Below are positions 56,094 to 64,000 of a stretch of DNA of 64,000 nt, one piece after another. The DNA is from Arenicellales bacterium. GTDB lineage: Bacteria > Pseudomonadota > Gammaproteobacteria > Arenicellales > JAJDZL01. Every line of letters starts with the position of its first letter. Positions within the stretch are counted from its first letter, which is position 1. The notes under the pieces are model-generated. The model had not been told where the DNA came from and did no database searches. It saw only the letters and a list, made by a program, of their open reading frames with translations. Location: the NCBI GenBank assembly GCA_965202615.1, contig OZ241837.1, positions 1,288,347 to 1,352,346 of the forward strand, read 5' to 3'. Position numbers and translations under genes: made by a program.

Positions 56094-57143
56094 ATGCTAA
56101 CCACTTGCATTGGCGCATATCCAAAGCCGGATTTTTTGAATTTGCCGGACTGGTTTAACCTTCCGGACGGCCCTGATTCGGCCAATCCAACCAAAAGCTG
56201 GGAAGCCGCGTTGAATGCCATGGGAGATTCGGTAGACCAGATCATTCGATCTGCGTCTGAACAGGTATTGGGTGACCAGACCGAAGCGGGAATCGATATA
56301 CCAACGGACGGTGAGGTGAAGCGGGAAAACTATATCCACTATCACTGTCGGCATTTGGAAGGTATTGATTTCAAAATCCTGACGGTACGGGAACTGCGCG
56401 GCGGAACTTATTCAGCCGAACTTCCGACGATCACCGGTCCGATTCGAGCACGCGATACAGGATTTCTGGTTGAAGACTGGAAACTGGCACAGTCTTTCAC
56501 TGACCGGCCGGTAAAAATCACGATGCCAGGTCCGATGACCGTTACAGATACCACTGCAAACGCCTACTACTCGACCGACCGGGAACTTGGAGCAGCCATT
56601 GCAGACGCACTCAACCAGGAAGTGCTGGCGTTGGTCGACGCGGGTTGCGTTCATATTCAGGTAGACGAGCCGGTTTTTGCCAGAAAACCGCGAAACGCGC
56701 TGGATTTTGGTGTTGAGAATCTGGAGCGCGTGTTCCATGCGGTGCCGGACCACATTGTCAAAACAATGCACATGTGCTGTGGTTATCCGGACCGACTGGA
56801 CCGGCTGGATTATCCGAAAGCGGATCGTACGGCGTATTTTGACATCATTGGCGCGGTTGACGACAGTTGTATCGACTCGGTTTCGATTGAAGATGCTCAT
56901 CGTCACAATGATCTCGGTTTGCTGGATCGCGTTCAAAACACCACGGTGATTCTGGGAGTTGTGGCAATTGCACTCAGTCGTGTTGAGACAGTTGATGAAA
57001 TCAGTGTGCGACTGACCGAAGCGATGGGTCATATTGATTCTGACCGATTGATTGCAGCACCGGATTGTGGTCTTGGACTTCTGGGCCGCGACTTGGCACG
57101 GACCAAGCTAAAGAATCTGTGCGAGGCAGCGCACCGACTGTAA
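56094..57143 (+). CDS. cobalamin-independent methionine synthase C-terminal-domain-like (core-MetE/UROD-fold) zinc thiol alkyltransferase family protein
   Basis: ~349 aa. 'GAYPKP', 'TDGEVKRENY', candidate zinc ligands 'MHMCCGY' (HxC), 'SIEDAH' (E), 'APDCGLG' (C). Confidence 0.8.
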   Translation: MLTTCIGAYPKPDFLNLPDWFNLPDGPDSANPTKSWEAALNAMGDSVDQIIRSASEQVLGDQTEAGIDIPTDGEVKRENYIHYHCRHLEGIDFKILTVRELRGGTYSAELPTITGPIRARDTGFLVEDWKLAQSFTDRPVKITMPGPMTVTDTTANAYYSTDRELGAAIADALNQEVLALVDAGCVHIQVDEPVFARKPRNALDFGVENLERVFHAVPDHIVKTMHMCCGYPDRLDRLDYPKADRTAYFDIIGAVDDSCIDSVSIEDAHRHNDLGLLDRVQNTTVILGVVAIALSRVETVDEISVRLTEAMGHIDSDRLIAAPDCGLGLLGRDLARTKLKNLCEAAHRL

Positions 57144-57377
57144 ACCAATGCCCATTTCGGTCAACCCGTTTCGGGATCGATGAGCGAAGTGCCGGCAGGT
57201 TAAGCCGCAGTTGCCGTTAATGATGACTTTTGTCAGGTATATTGATGTCTGATCGAGGCTTGCGTGGAAGCCTTGCAATGTCCTTTGCATATTGCACAAG
57301 GGCGGCTTTGACACCTGCTTGATTTTGATATACTAATTTTCATTAGATTCTGTTGGGCCAATTAGGAGGTCGTCAGC

Positions 57378-58898
57378 ATGGATATGCGAGTCAAAGAAGT
57401 TCTGCACCATTTCATCAATGGTCGACAAGTTCAAGGTGCCAGTGGCCGCATGGGAGAGATTTACAACCCCGCCATTGGCGCAGTCGTCAAACAGGTTCCT
57501 CTGGCCAGTGCCGAGGAAGTCAGCAATGCAATTGAGGTAGCGGCCAACGCATTGCCGGATTGGGCAGCGACACCGCCCGCGAGCCGCGCACAGATCATGT
57601 TTTCATTTCGTGAAATCGTCAGGAACAACATCGATGATTTGGCAGCAGCATTGTCTGCCGAGCATGGGAAAACAATCGAAGATGCGAAGGGGTCCATCGG
57701 GCGCGGTCTCGAGGTTGTTGAATTCGCTTGCGGAATCCCGCAGTTGCTTAAGGGTGAAATGTCCGAGCGCGTTGCAAGAGGAGTCGAAAGCTACTCAATT
57801 CGTCAGCCGGTTGGAGTATGTGCGGGAATCACGCCATTTAATTTTCCTGCCATGGTACCGATGTGGATGTTTCCGGTTGCCATTGCTTGTGGTAACACTT
57901 TCATATTGAAACCGTCGGAAAAAGATCCAAGCTGTCCGTTGATGCTCGCGCAAATGATGCAGGAAGCCGGTTTGCCGGACGGTGTACTTAATGTTGTCAA
58001 TGGAGACAAAGAAGCAGTCGATACACTGCTTTCTCATCCACTCGTGGATGCTATCAGTTTTGTCGGGTCAACGGCTGTCGGTGAATACATTTATCAGACA
58101 GGCTGCCGACACGGCAAGCGCGTGCAGGCCTTATGCGGAGCGAAAAATCACATGGTGGTCATGCCCGATGCGGATATGGACCAGGTAGTCGACGCTGCTA
58201 TCGGTGCCGGATATGGCTCTGCAGGTGAGCGCTGCATGGCGGTATCGGTCGTTGTCGCGGTGGGCGACGAGACTGCTGATGAATTGGTAGAGCGTCTCAA
58301 ACCCCGGGTCAAGGAGCTGTCTATTGGTCCATATACTGATTCAGCAGCCGAAATGGGACCGCTGGTTACGCCTGATCACTACGCTAAAGTCAAATCCTAT
58401 GTTGATCTCGGCGTATCGGAAGGAGCGGACCTCGTGGTGGATGGCAGGGATTTCTCACTGGATGGTTATGAGGAAGGCGCATTTCTCGGAGGCTGCCTGT
58501 TTGACAACGTAACCTCGGATATGAAAATCTATAAGGAAGAGATTTTTGGGCCGGTACTCAGCGTTGTCAGAACCGACGACTACAATGAAGCGCTTCGCTT
58601 GTGCAGTGATCACGAGTACGGCAATGGCGCCGCTATCTTTACTCGAGATGGCGGACGGGCTCAGCACTTTATTTCAAACGTAAGAATCGGGATGGTTGGC
58701 ATCAACGTGCCGATACCGGTGCCGGTAGCCTACCACAGTTTCGGCGGGTGGAAAAGATCCTTGTTCGGCGACCACTATATGCACGGTCCCGAAGGTGTGC
58801 GTTTCTATACGAGGATGAAGACCGTAACTGCCAGATGGCCGGCGTCTATCGAGGCGGGCGCCAAATTCAATTTCAAACGGGGAAGCGAAAACAACTGA
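57378..58898 (+). CDS. mmsA: CoA-acylating methylmalonate/malonate-semialdehyde dehydrogenase
   Basis: 'ITPFNFPAMVPMWMFPVAIACGNTFILKPSEKDP', 'GERCMA' catalytic Cys context, 'FGGWKRSLFGD'. AGGAGG SD. Confidence 0.9.
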   Translation: MDMRVKEVLHHFINGRQVQGASGRMGEIYNPAIGAVVKQVPLASAEEVSNAIEVAANALPDWAATPPASRAQIMFSFREIVRNNIDDLAAALSAEHGKTIEDAKGSIGRGLEVVEFACGIPQLLKGEMSERVARGVESYSIRQPVGVCAGITPFNFPAMVPMWMFPVAIACGNTFILKPSEKDPSCPLMLAQMMQEAGLPDGVLNVVNGDKEAVDTLLSHPLVDAISFVGSTAVGEYIYQTGCRHGKRVQALCGAKNHMVVMPDADMDQVVDAAIGAGYGSAGERCMAVSVVVAVGDETADELVERLKPRVKELSIGPYTDSAAEMGPLVTPDHYAKVKSYVDLGVSEGADLVVDGRDFSLDGYEEGAFLGGCLFDNVTSDMKIYKEEIFGPVLSVVRTDDYNEALRLCSDHEYGNGAAIFTRDGGRAQHFISNVRIGMVGINVPIPVPVAYHSFGGWKRSLFGDHYMHGPEGVRFYTRMKTVTARWPASIEAGAKFNFKRGSENN

Positions 58899-58970
58899 CC
58901 GAAAGTTCAGTCAATCAGTTGGGCGGACTGGAACCCTTTCTGTCCGACTCACAAGATTGAAACGCCCCCT

Positions 58971-59828
58971 TCAGGCATCCAGCCGAAGGTTGTCGATCAA
59001 TCGCACGTCGGCGATTCTGGCGGCAATCAAAGCGATTGCGCGATCAACGCTTCCACGCGGCGATTCAGGCTGCCAGTTGAGCGGGTCACGAATCTCAGCA
59101 TAGTCGACTTCCAATGGGGATAACAGCGATGCTCTCATGGCTGCTTTGAGTTGATCACAGTCATGGCATCCGCTTTGCCACAATTGTTTTGCCTGGAACA
59201 ATGCCCGGGAAATGCTTCTTGCAATTTCAATCTGCTGTGCGCCAAGCAGCGAATTTCTTGATGACAATGCCAACCCGTATTGGTCTCGCACTGTCTCACA
59301 AGTCCTGATTTGAGGATAGCCAAGTCTTTGCGCGAGATCTTGAATGACGAGTGTTTGCTGGTAGTCCTTGAGCCCGAAATATGCCTTGCACTCACCGACG
59401 AACCTGAACAATCGATCGACTACGGTGCAAACTCCTTCCAGGTGTCCGGGTCGAAACCTGCCTTCAAGCCCCTTACCGGCTAATCCCGGGTCAAGCAAGC
59501 GGACATCTTCGATCGAAGACGCTTCTGGAAACATATCCCGGTTGGAACCGCTGAACAACATATCGCAGCCAACTTCTTCCAGCAGACGATGGTCGGCTCC
59601 AAGGTCGCGGGGATAGCTTGCGTAGTCCCTCGAATCGTTGAATTGCAGAGGATTGACGAAAATACTGGCACAGGTCACGTCGTTTTCCGCAACAGACTGT
59701 CTTACGAGTGACAAATGTCCCTGATGAAGCGCTCCCATGGTTGGGACAAATCCAATTGTGCGACCCAGTTGGCGCTGTTTTTGGCACCATGCAGTGGCAG
59801 AAACCGGATCGTGCAGGACCTCCAACAT
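58971..59828 (-). CDS. panC: pantoate--beta-alanine ligase
   Basis: 'GFVPTMGALHQGHLSLV', 'IFVNPLQF', 'GLKDYQQ'. Confidence 0.95.
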   Translation of the reverse strand: MLEVLHDPVSATAWCQKQRQLGRTIGFVPTMGALHQGHLSLVRQSVAENDVTCASIFVNPLQFNDSRDYASYPRDLGADHRLLEEVGCDMLFSGSNRDMFPEASSIEDVRLLDPGLAGKGLEGRFRPGHLEGVCTVVDRLFRFVGECKAYFGLKDYQQTLVIQDLAQRLGYPQIRTCETVRDQYGLALSSRNSLLGAQQIEIARSISRALFQAKQLWQSGCHDCDQLKAAMRASLLSPLEVDYAEIRDPLNWQPESPRGSVDRAIALIAARIADVRLIDNLRLDA

Positions 59829-59848
59829 TTTGGCTGCTTTGGGCCGTT

Positions 59849-60844
59849 TTACGGCATGGTCAGCAATATCTTGCCGAAGTGCGACCCCGATTCAAGGCGC
59901 TCGTGAGCTTTTTGAACATCATTGAGCGGAAACACCGAGTCGATTACAGGTTTGATCTTGCCTTCATTCAGCAATGGCCAGGCCTTTGCACGCAACTCGT
60001 CGGCAATCTGCGCCTTTTGTTCAACCGTGCGGGGTCGCAGTGTTGAGCCGGTAATTGTCAGGCGTCGTGTCATGATTGGCAATACGTTAATCTGCGCCTT
60101 CAAACCGCCCTGTGTTGCGATGATGACCAGTCGGCCCTCGACGGCAAGACACTTTATGTTTTTTGCGACGTAGTCTCCGGAAATGATGTCGAGTATGAGG
60201 TTGACACCTTTGCCATGGGTCCACTCATGCACTGATTCGACAAAATCCGTCGTTCGATAATTGATTGCATGATCAGCGCCAATGTCGATGCATGCACGGC
60301 ACTTTTCCTCGGTCCCGGCTGTCACGCATACCTGGGCTCCGAATGCTTTGCCGAGTTGAATCGCAGTTGTACCAATTCCGCTGCTTCCTCCGTGAACCAG
60401 GCATTTTTCACCGGACCGTAGTTTTCCCCGCATGAACAGATTCGTCCAGACCGTAAAGAAAGTTTCGGGTACCGCGGCCGCTTCGATCAGACCCATGTTG
60501 TCAGGTACCGGCAGGCAGGACGATGCGGGTGCCGTGCAATACTCGGCGTATCCGCCTCCGGCAAGCAATGCACAGACTTCATCGCCGATGCAAATGCCGC
60601 TGACATCAGATGCGGTATCAGCAACCGTTCCGGAAACTTCCAGTCCCAGCAGATCCGATGCACCCGGCGGTGGCGGGTAGTGTCCGTTGCGTTGCATGAC
60701 ATCAGCCCGGTTCAATCCGGCCGCGGCGACTTTGATCAGCACCTCGCCAGGACCCGGAGCAGGCACAGGCCGATCACCGAGGGTGAGCACATCAGCGCCG
60801 CCGGGTTCGGGAACTTCGACCACTCTCATCGACTGCTCAATCAT
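59849..60844 (-). CDS. NAD(P)H quinone oxidoreductase (MDR/PIG3-like family)
   Basis: 'EVLIKVAAAGLNRADVMQRNGHYPPPPGAS', 'VHGGSSGIGTTAIQL'. The start is ambiguous among 60871, 60844 and 60829. Confidence 0.85.
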   Translation of the reverse strand: MIEQSMRVVEVPEPGGADVLTLGDRPVPAPGPGEVLIKVAAAGLNRADVMQRNGHYPPPPGASDLLGLEVSGTVADTASDVSGICIGDEVCALLAGGGYAEYCTAPASSCLPVPDNMGLIEAAAVPETFFTVWTNLFMRGKLRSGEKCLVHGGSSGIGTTAIQLGKAFGAQVCVTAGTEEKCRACIDIGADHAINYRTTDFVESVHEWTHGKGVNLILDIISGDYVAKNIKCLAVEGRLVIIATQGGLKAQINVLPIMTRRLTITGSTLRPRTVEQKAQIADELRAKAWPLLNEGKIKPVIDSVFPLNDVQKAHERLESGSHFGKILLTMP

Positions 60845-61367
60845 TGGAAACCTCTTTGAAACTGGATTCATACCTTGTGATTTTGTCGATATACGATTGA
60901 TTGAATCGACGAAACATCTCTACCTCGTCCTGGTTGATTTGCCTGATCACCCGTCCTGGCGATCCGACAACGAGGCTGTTATCCGGAATGACTTTGCCAT
61001 CCGCGATGAAGGTATTGGCACCGATCAGGCAGTTCCTGCCGATGCGGGCATTGTTGAGAATGACAGCGTTGATGCCAATCAAGGCGCCGTCTTCGATCGT
61101 ACATCCATGGAGTACCGCCTTGTGCCCGACGGTTACGTTGTCTCTGATTGTCAGGGGACAGCCAGGGTCCGTGTGCAAAACACAGCAGTCCTGAATATTT
61201 GAACCGTCTCCGACGGTGATTCGCTCATTGTCACCTCGAAGCACTGCACCAAACCAGATTCCAACGTTGTTTCCCAGTACAACATTACCTACCACGATAG
61301 CGCTGTGGGCGATGTAGACGTTGTCTCCGCATTGCGGCGTTCCATTGTCCAGCGAGTACAACATCAC
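60837..61367 (-). CDS. gamma-carbonic-anhydrase-like hexapeptide-repeat protein
   Basis: 'VLRGDNERITVGDGSNIQDCCVLH', 'VTVGHKAVLHGCTI' left-handed beta-helix repeats. Confidence 0.9.
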   Translation of the reverse strand: MMLYSLDNGTPQCGDNVYIAHSAIVVGNVVLGNNVGIWFGAVLRGDNERITVGDGSNIQDCCVLHTDPGCPLTIRDNVTVGHKAVLHGCTIEDGALIGINAVILNNARIGRNCLIGANTFIADGKVIPDNSLVVGSPGRVIRQINQDEVEMFRRFNQSYIDKITRYESSFKEVSND

Positions 61368-62404
61368 TTCACAAAAGGGAAATGACTGCCCGGAAACCTG
61401 TTGGACCGGAAAAACAGGTTTCTGATAAATTCCGAAGCCGCGGGATTGATCCGTTCGGATAAGGACGGTTTTTGCACGTACTTGACCTCGTAGATTTCAG
61501 ACTTCGAACTGGCTTCAAGAAGGTAGTCGTCACTGGTTCTTAATTCATCGACCAGATTAAGGTCAAGCGCGCGGGTTCCATACCAGTGTTCGCCCGTTGA
61601 AATTTTTTCGACATCGACTTTAGGCCGATTTTCCTTGACAAAGTCCTTGAACAGTGTGTGTACGTCTTCGATCTCTTCCATGAATTTCGCCTTTCCCTTG
61701 GCGGTTGGTTCACTGAAAATGCCGACAGTGCGCTTGTACTCACCCGCAGCAAATTCCTGGTAATCGATATCGTGTTTTTCCAAAGCCCGATGGAAGTTGG
61801 GGACTTGCGCCAGCACACCGACTGACCCGACAATTGCAAAAGGTGCAGCAATAATCTTGTCCGCCACGCATGCCATCAGATAGCCGCCACTCGCTGCGAC
61901 TTTATCAACCGCAACAGTCAGGGCAATGTTCTTGTCCTTGATTCGCTTGAGCTGTGATGCAGCAAGCCCGTAGCCGTGAACCACGCCTCCCCGACTTTCG
62001 ACATTCACAACGATTTCATCTGCAGGTTCTGCAACCGTGAGGACGGCAGTGATCTCTTCCCGCAGATGATCAATATCAGAGGCTTCAATATCTCCCTTGA
62101 ACTTGAAGACATAAACTCTGTTTTTTTCTTCTGATTGTTCCTGTTTGCCCTTTGCCAGCGCTTTGCGTTCTTTTTTCTGTTGCTTGACCTGTTCCTTGAA
62201 CGCCTTTTTCGGCATATGGGCTGAATTGATCGTATTGGACATTGTCTCGTAGCGACGATTGAGATGGTTGACTTCCAGGTGTTCCTTTTGGTGCTGTCGC
62301 TGACGCGCCGCAAGTGCGGAAATCAAAAGGATCGGAATCACGACCGCAACAATCACAATCAGGGTTTTCGCAAAGAAAAGAATAAATTCGACTAAGTATT
62401 CCAT
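61364..62404 (-). CDS. sohB: S49 family peptidase SohB
   Basis: N-terminal TM, 'VDKVAASGGYLMAC', 'VGSVGV', 'GEYK'. Overlaps the downstream gene start by 4 nt. Confidence 0.85.
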   Translation of the reverse strand: MEYLVEFILFFAKTLIVIVAVVIPILLISALAARQRQHQKEHLEVNHLNRRYETMSNTINSAHMPKKAFKEQVKQQKKERKALAKGKQEQSEEKNRVYVFKFKGDIEASDIDHLREEITAVLTVAEPADEIVVNVESRGGVVHGYGLAASQLKRIKDKNIALTVAVDKVAASGGYLMACVADKIIAAPFAIVGSVGVLAQVPNFHRALEKHDIDYQEFAAGEYKRTVGIFSEPTAKGKAKFMEEIEDVHTLFKDFVKENRPKVDVEKISTGEHWYGTRALDLNLVDELRTSDDYLLEASSKSEIYEVKYVQKPSLSERINPAASEFIRNLFFRSNRFPGSHFPFVK

Positions 62405-62458
62405 GAGGCAGTATCTGTAGTAAAGTTGTTTGATTCAACAAATAGGCGGCGCTATCTG

Positions 62459-62911
62459 TCAGTTTTCCGTGTCATCGTTTTCACTTGGTACATCCGGGAC
62501 CCACATATATCCATCAGGGTCTCGCAGGTAGCACTCCCTTAATCCGTGGGGCTTGTCCGCTGCTTCAGCGAAAACCTGATATCCAAATTGTCGGGCCCGT
62601 TCGGCCGCCCGGTCGGGATCACATCCGTGCAAGCGAATCTCCACACCAATCCCCCGCCCGTCTACCGGTGAGGTAAGGTCATACATGGGATTTTCCAAGT
62701 ACGTATGGTCAGCGTGCAACATCCACTCAGATCCGCACGCCTGCAAAACTGCGATGTCAGGGTCCGAATAAACCACATCTGCTCCGAGCACTTTGGTTTG
62801 AAAATCAACGGAAACCTCGATATTTCGAACCAGCAGATTCAGGGTAAGATTCTTGAGCGAGCGCCCGTACTCGGGTGCCGGTATCCACGAATCGTCTTCT
62901 CGAAGTTTCAT
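62459..62911 (-). CDS. VOC (glyoxalase/bleomycin-resistance fold) family protein
   Basis: 150 aa. 'LRECYLRDPDGYMWV' C-terminal motif typical of VOC proteins. Confidence 0.7.
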   Translation of the reverse strand: MKLREDDSWIPAPEYGRSLKNLTLNLLVRNIEVSVDFQTKVLGADVVYSDPDIAVLQACGSEWMLHADHTYLENPMYDLTSPVDGRGIGVEIRLHGCDPDRAAERARQFGYQVFAEAADKPHGLRECYLRDPDGYMWVPDVPSENDDTEN

Positions 62912-62933
62912 GACTGGTTACTCGTCGCCGGTT

Positions 62934-64000
62934 TCAGTTTCGTTTTCCCCACGAGTCTCGCAGCGTTACCGTTCGATGAAATACGGCCCGCTGAGAGTCG
63001 TTTCCCTCGGAGGCCAACACAAAATAGCCACAGCGCTCAAACTGGTATCGGCTTCCCTGGGTCGCTGATTCGAGTTCAGGTTCGACGACTGCATTGGCAA
63101 CTTGGAGCGAGTCCGGATTGATTATGTCAGCAAAATCGATATCTTTTTGGGCAGCGGGGTTTGGCACCGTAAACAGGCGGTCATATAAATTGACTTGCGC
63201 GTTCCTGGCGTGTAAACGCGATACCCAATGAATGGTGCCGCGCACCTTTCGTCCATCCGGGGCGATCCCTCCGCGGCTTAAGGGGTCATGGCGACATCGG
63301 AGTTCGGTGATTTCGCCTTGTTCGTCTTTGACCACTTCGGTGCAGGTAATGAGATAAGCGTAACGGAGTCGAACTTCAGCCCCGGGAGACAGTCTGAAAA
63401 ATTTCCTGGGTGGGTCTTCCAGAAAATCACTGCGTTCGATGTAGATTTCCCGGGAAAAGGGGACCTGTCGACTGCCAAGTTCTGGACGTTTCGGGTGGTT
63501 TTGCGCGGGCAGACACTCAACTTTGCCTTCGGGGTAATTTTCGATGACAACGCGCAACGGGTCGAGTACAGCCATCGCTCTCGGTGCTGAATAATCGAGA
63601 TCTTCCCGGATGCAGTTTTCCAAAACTCCCATTTCGACTTCGTTGAAATTCTTGGTAATGCCGATTCGCTCACAAAAATCCAAAATTGAAGCGGAGGTAT
63701 AGCCCCGGTTTCGGAGCCCGGAGATAGTCGGCATCCTGGGATCATCCCAGCCGTCCACAAGTCCATCATCGACCAGCCTGGTGAGCAGTCGTTTGCTTAG
63801 CACGGTGTATTCGAGTGACAGTCTGGAGAATTCCGTCTGCTCAGGACGATACGGTGCAGACACGTTCTCGACACACCAATCGTATAAGGGACGGTGGTCT
63901 TCAAATTCCATGGTGCACAAAGAATGCGTAACACCTTCGATCGCGTCGGACAGGCTGTGCGCAAAATCGTAAAGCGGGTAAATGCACCACTTGTCGCCGC
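62934..64000 (-). CDS. glnS: glutamine--tRNA ligase, C-terminal part (5' end lies beyond the window)
   Basis: The frame is open to the window edge. 'GDKWCIYPLYDFAHSLSDAIEGVTHSLCTMEFEDHRPLYDW', 'RGTIHWVS', 'YQFERCGYF'. Confidence 0.95.
   Translation of the reverse strand, partial: GDKWCIYPLYDFAHSLSDAIEGVTHSLCTMEFEDHRPLYDWCVENVSAPYRPEQTEFSRLSLEYTVLSKRLLTRLVDDGLVDGWDDPRMPTISGLRNRGYTSASILDFCERIGITKNFNEVEMGVLENCIREDLDYSAPRAMAVLDPLRVVIENYPEGKVECLPAQNHPKRPELGSRQVPFSREIYIERSDFLEDPPRKFFRLSPGAEVRLRYAYLITCTEVVKDEQGEITELRCRHDPLSRGGIAPDGRKVRGTIHWVSRLHARNAQVNLYDRLFTVPNPAAQKDIDFADIINPDSLQVANAVVEPELESATQGSRYQFERCGYFVLASEGNDSQRAVFHRTVTLRDSWGKRN

Noticed and set aside
57308-57334. A sigma-70-like promoter TTGACA...TATACT upstream of mmsA, plus nearby TTGCAAT/ATTGCA inverted repeats.
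   Set aside because: The spacer is only 15 nt by my count and the repeats have 6-bp arms. This is plausible but too weak to call without transcript data.
1-64000. CRISPR arrays, tRNA/rRNA/tmRNA genes, integrases and prophage structural genes.
   Set aside because: Scanning the intergenic regions by eye found no regularly spaced repeats, no cloverleaf-like or rRNA-like segments, and no recombinase ORFs. A tRNAscan or Infernal run would be needed to exclude small RNAs formally.

Overview
The gene content (petABC-sspAB-hslVU, dsbB, djlA, sohB, argB, panC, glnS) indicates a chromosomal segment of a Gammaproteobacterium, probably a marine heterotroph. About 60 protein genes are called; no rRNA, tRNA or CRISPR array was seen. 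The first ~100 nt probably hold the 3' end of an upstream gene that I could not resolve. Most of the window is ordinary housekeeping and catabolic DNA:
- a DUF4381-BatA-BatB-BatD aerotolerance-type operon
- cytochrome bc1
- a TPP-riboswitch-controlled thiM-thiE-thiD plus transporter operon
- a dimethylglycine-dehydrogenase-like gene
- a taurine-type tpa/ald/xsc/pta set, next to a PotABCD-like importer, a MetE-C-terminal-like protein and mmsA

Three stretches that look AT-richer by eye appear to be accessory DNA:
1. 4977-7324 carries an AAA ATPase plus RloB pair (AbiL/PARIS-class candidate defence module). A DUF2075 nuclease/NTPase gene lies just beyond dsbB.
2. 16355-18570 carries an internally deleted IS5-family element that keeps both inverted repeats, a degraded Fic-like gene with a small upstream partner, and orphan small ORFs.
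3. 43739-45758 carries a lone beta-class DNA methyltransferase fused to an Mrr-like C-terminal domain.

The observations I rate most worth follow-up:
- the defence islet around dsbB
- an orphan Tat-signal TRAP (DctP-type) binding protein inside the TPP-riboswitch operon
- the methyltransferase fusion
- the sulfonate/omega-amino-acid locus with a zinc-motif MetE-like enzyme and a permease with a repeat-bearing tail

All family assignments come from motif recognition by eye. No database search was run.
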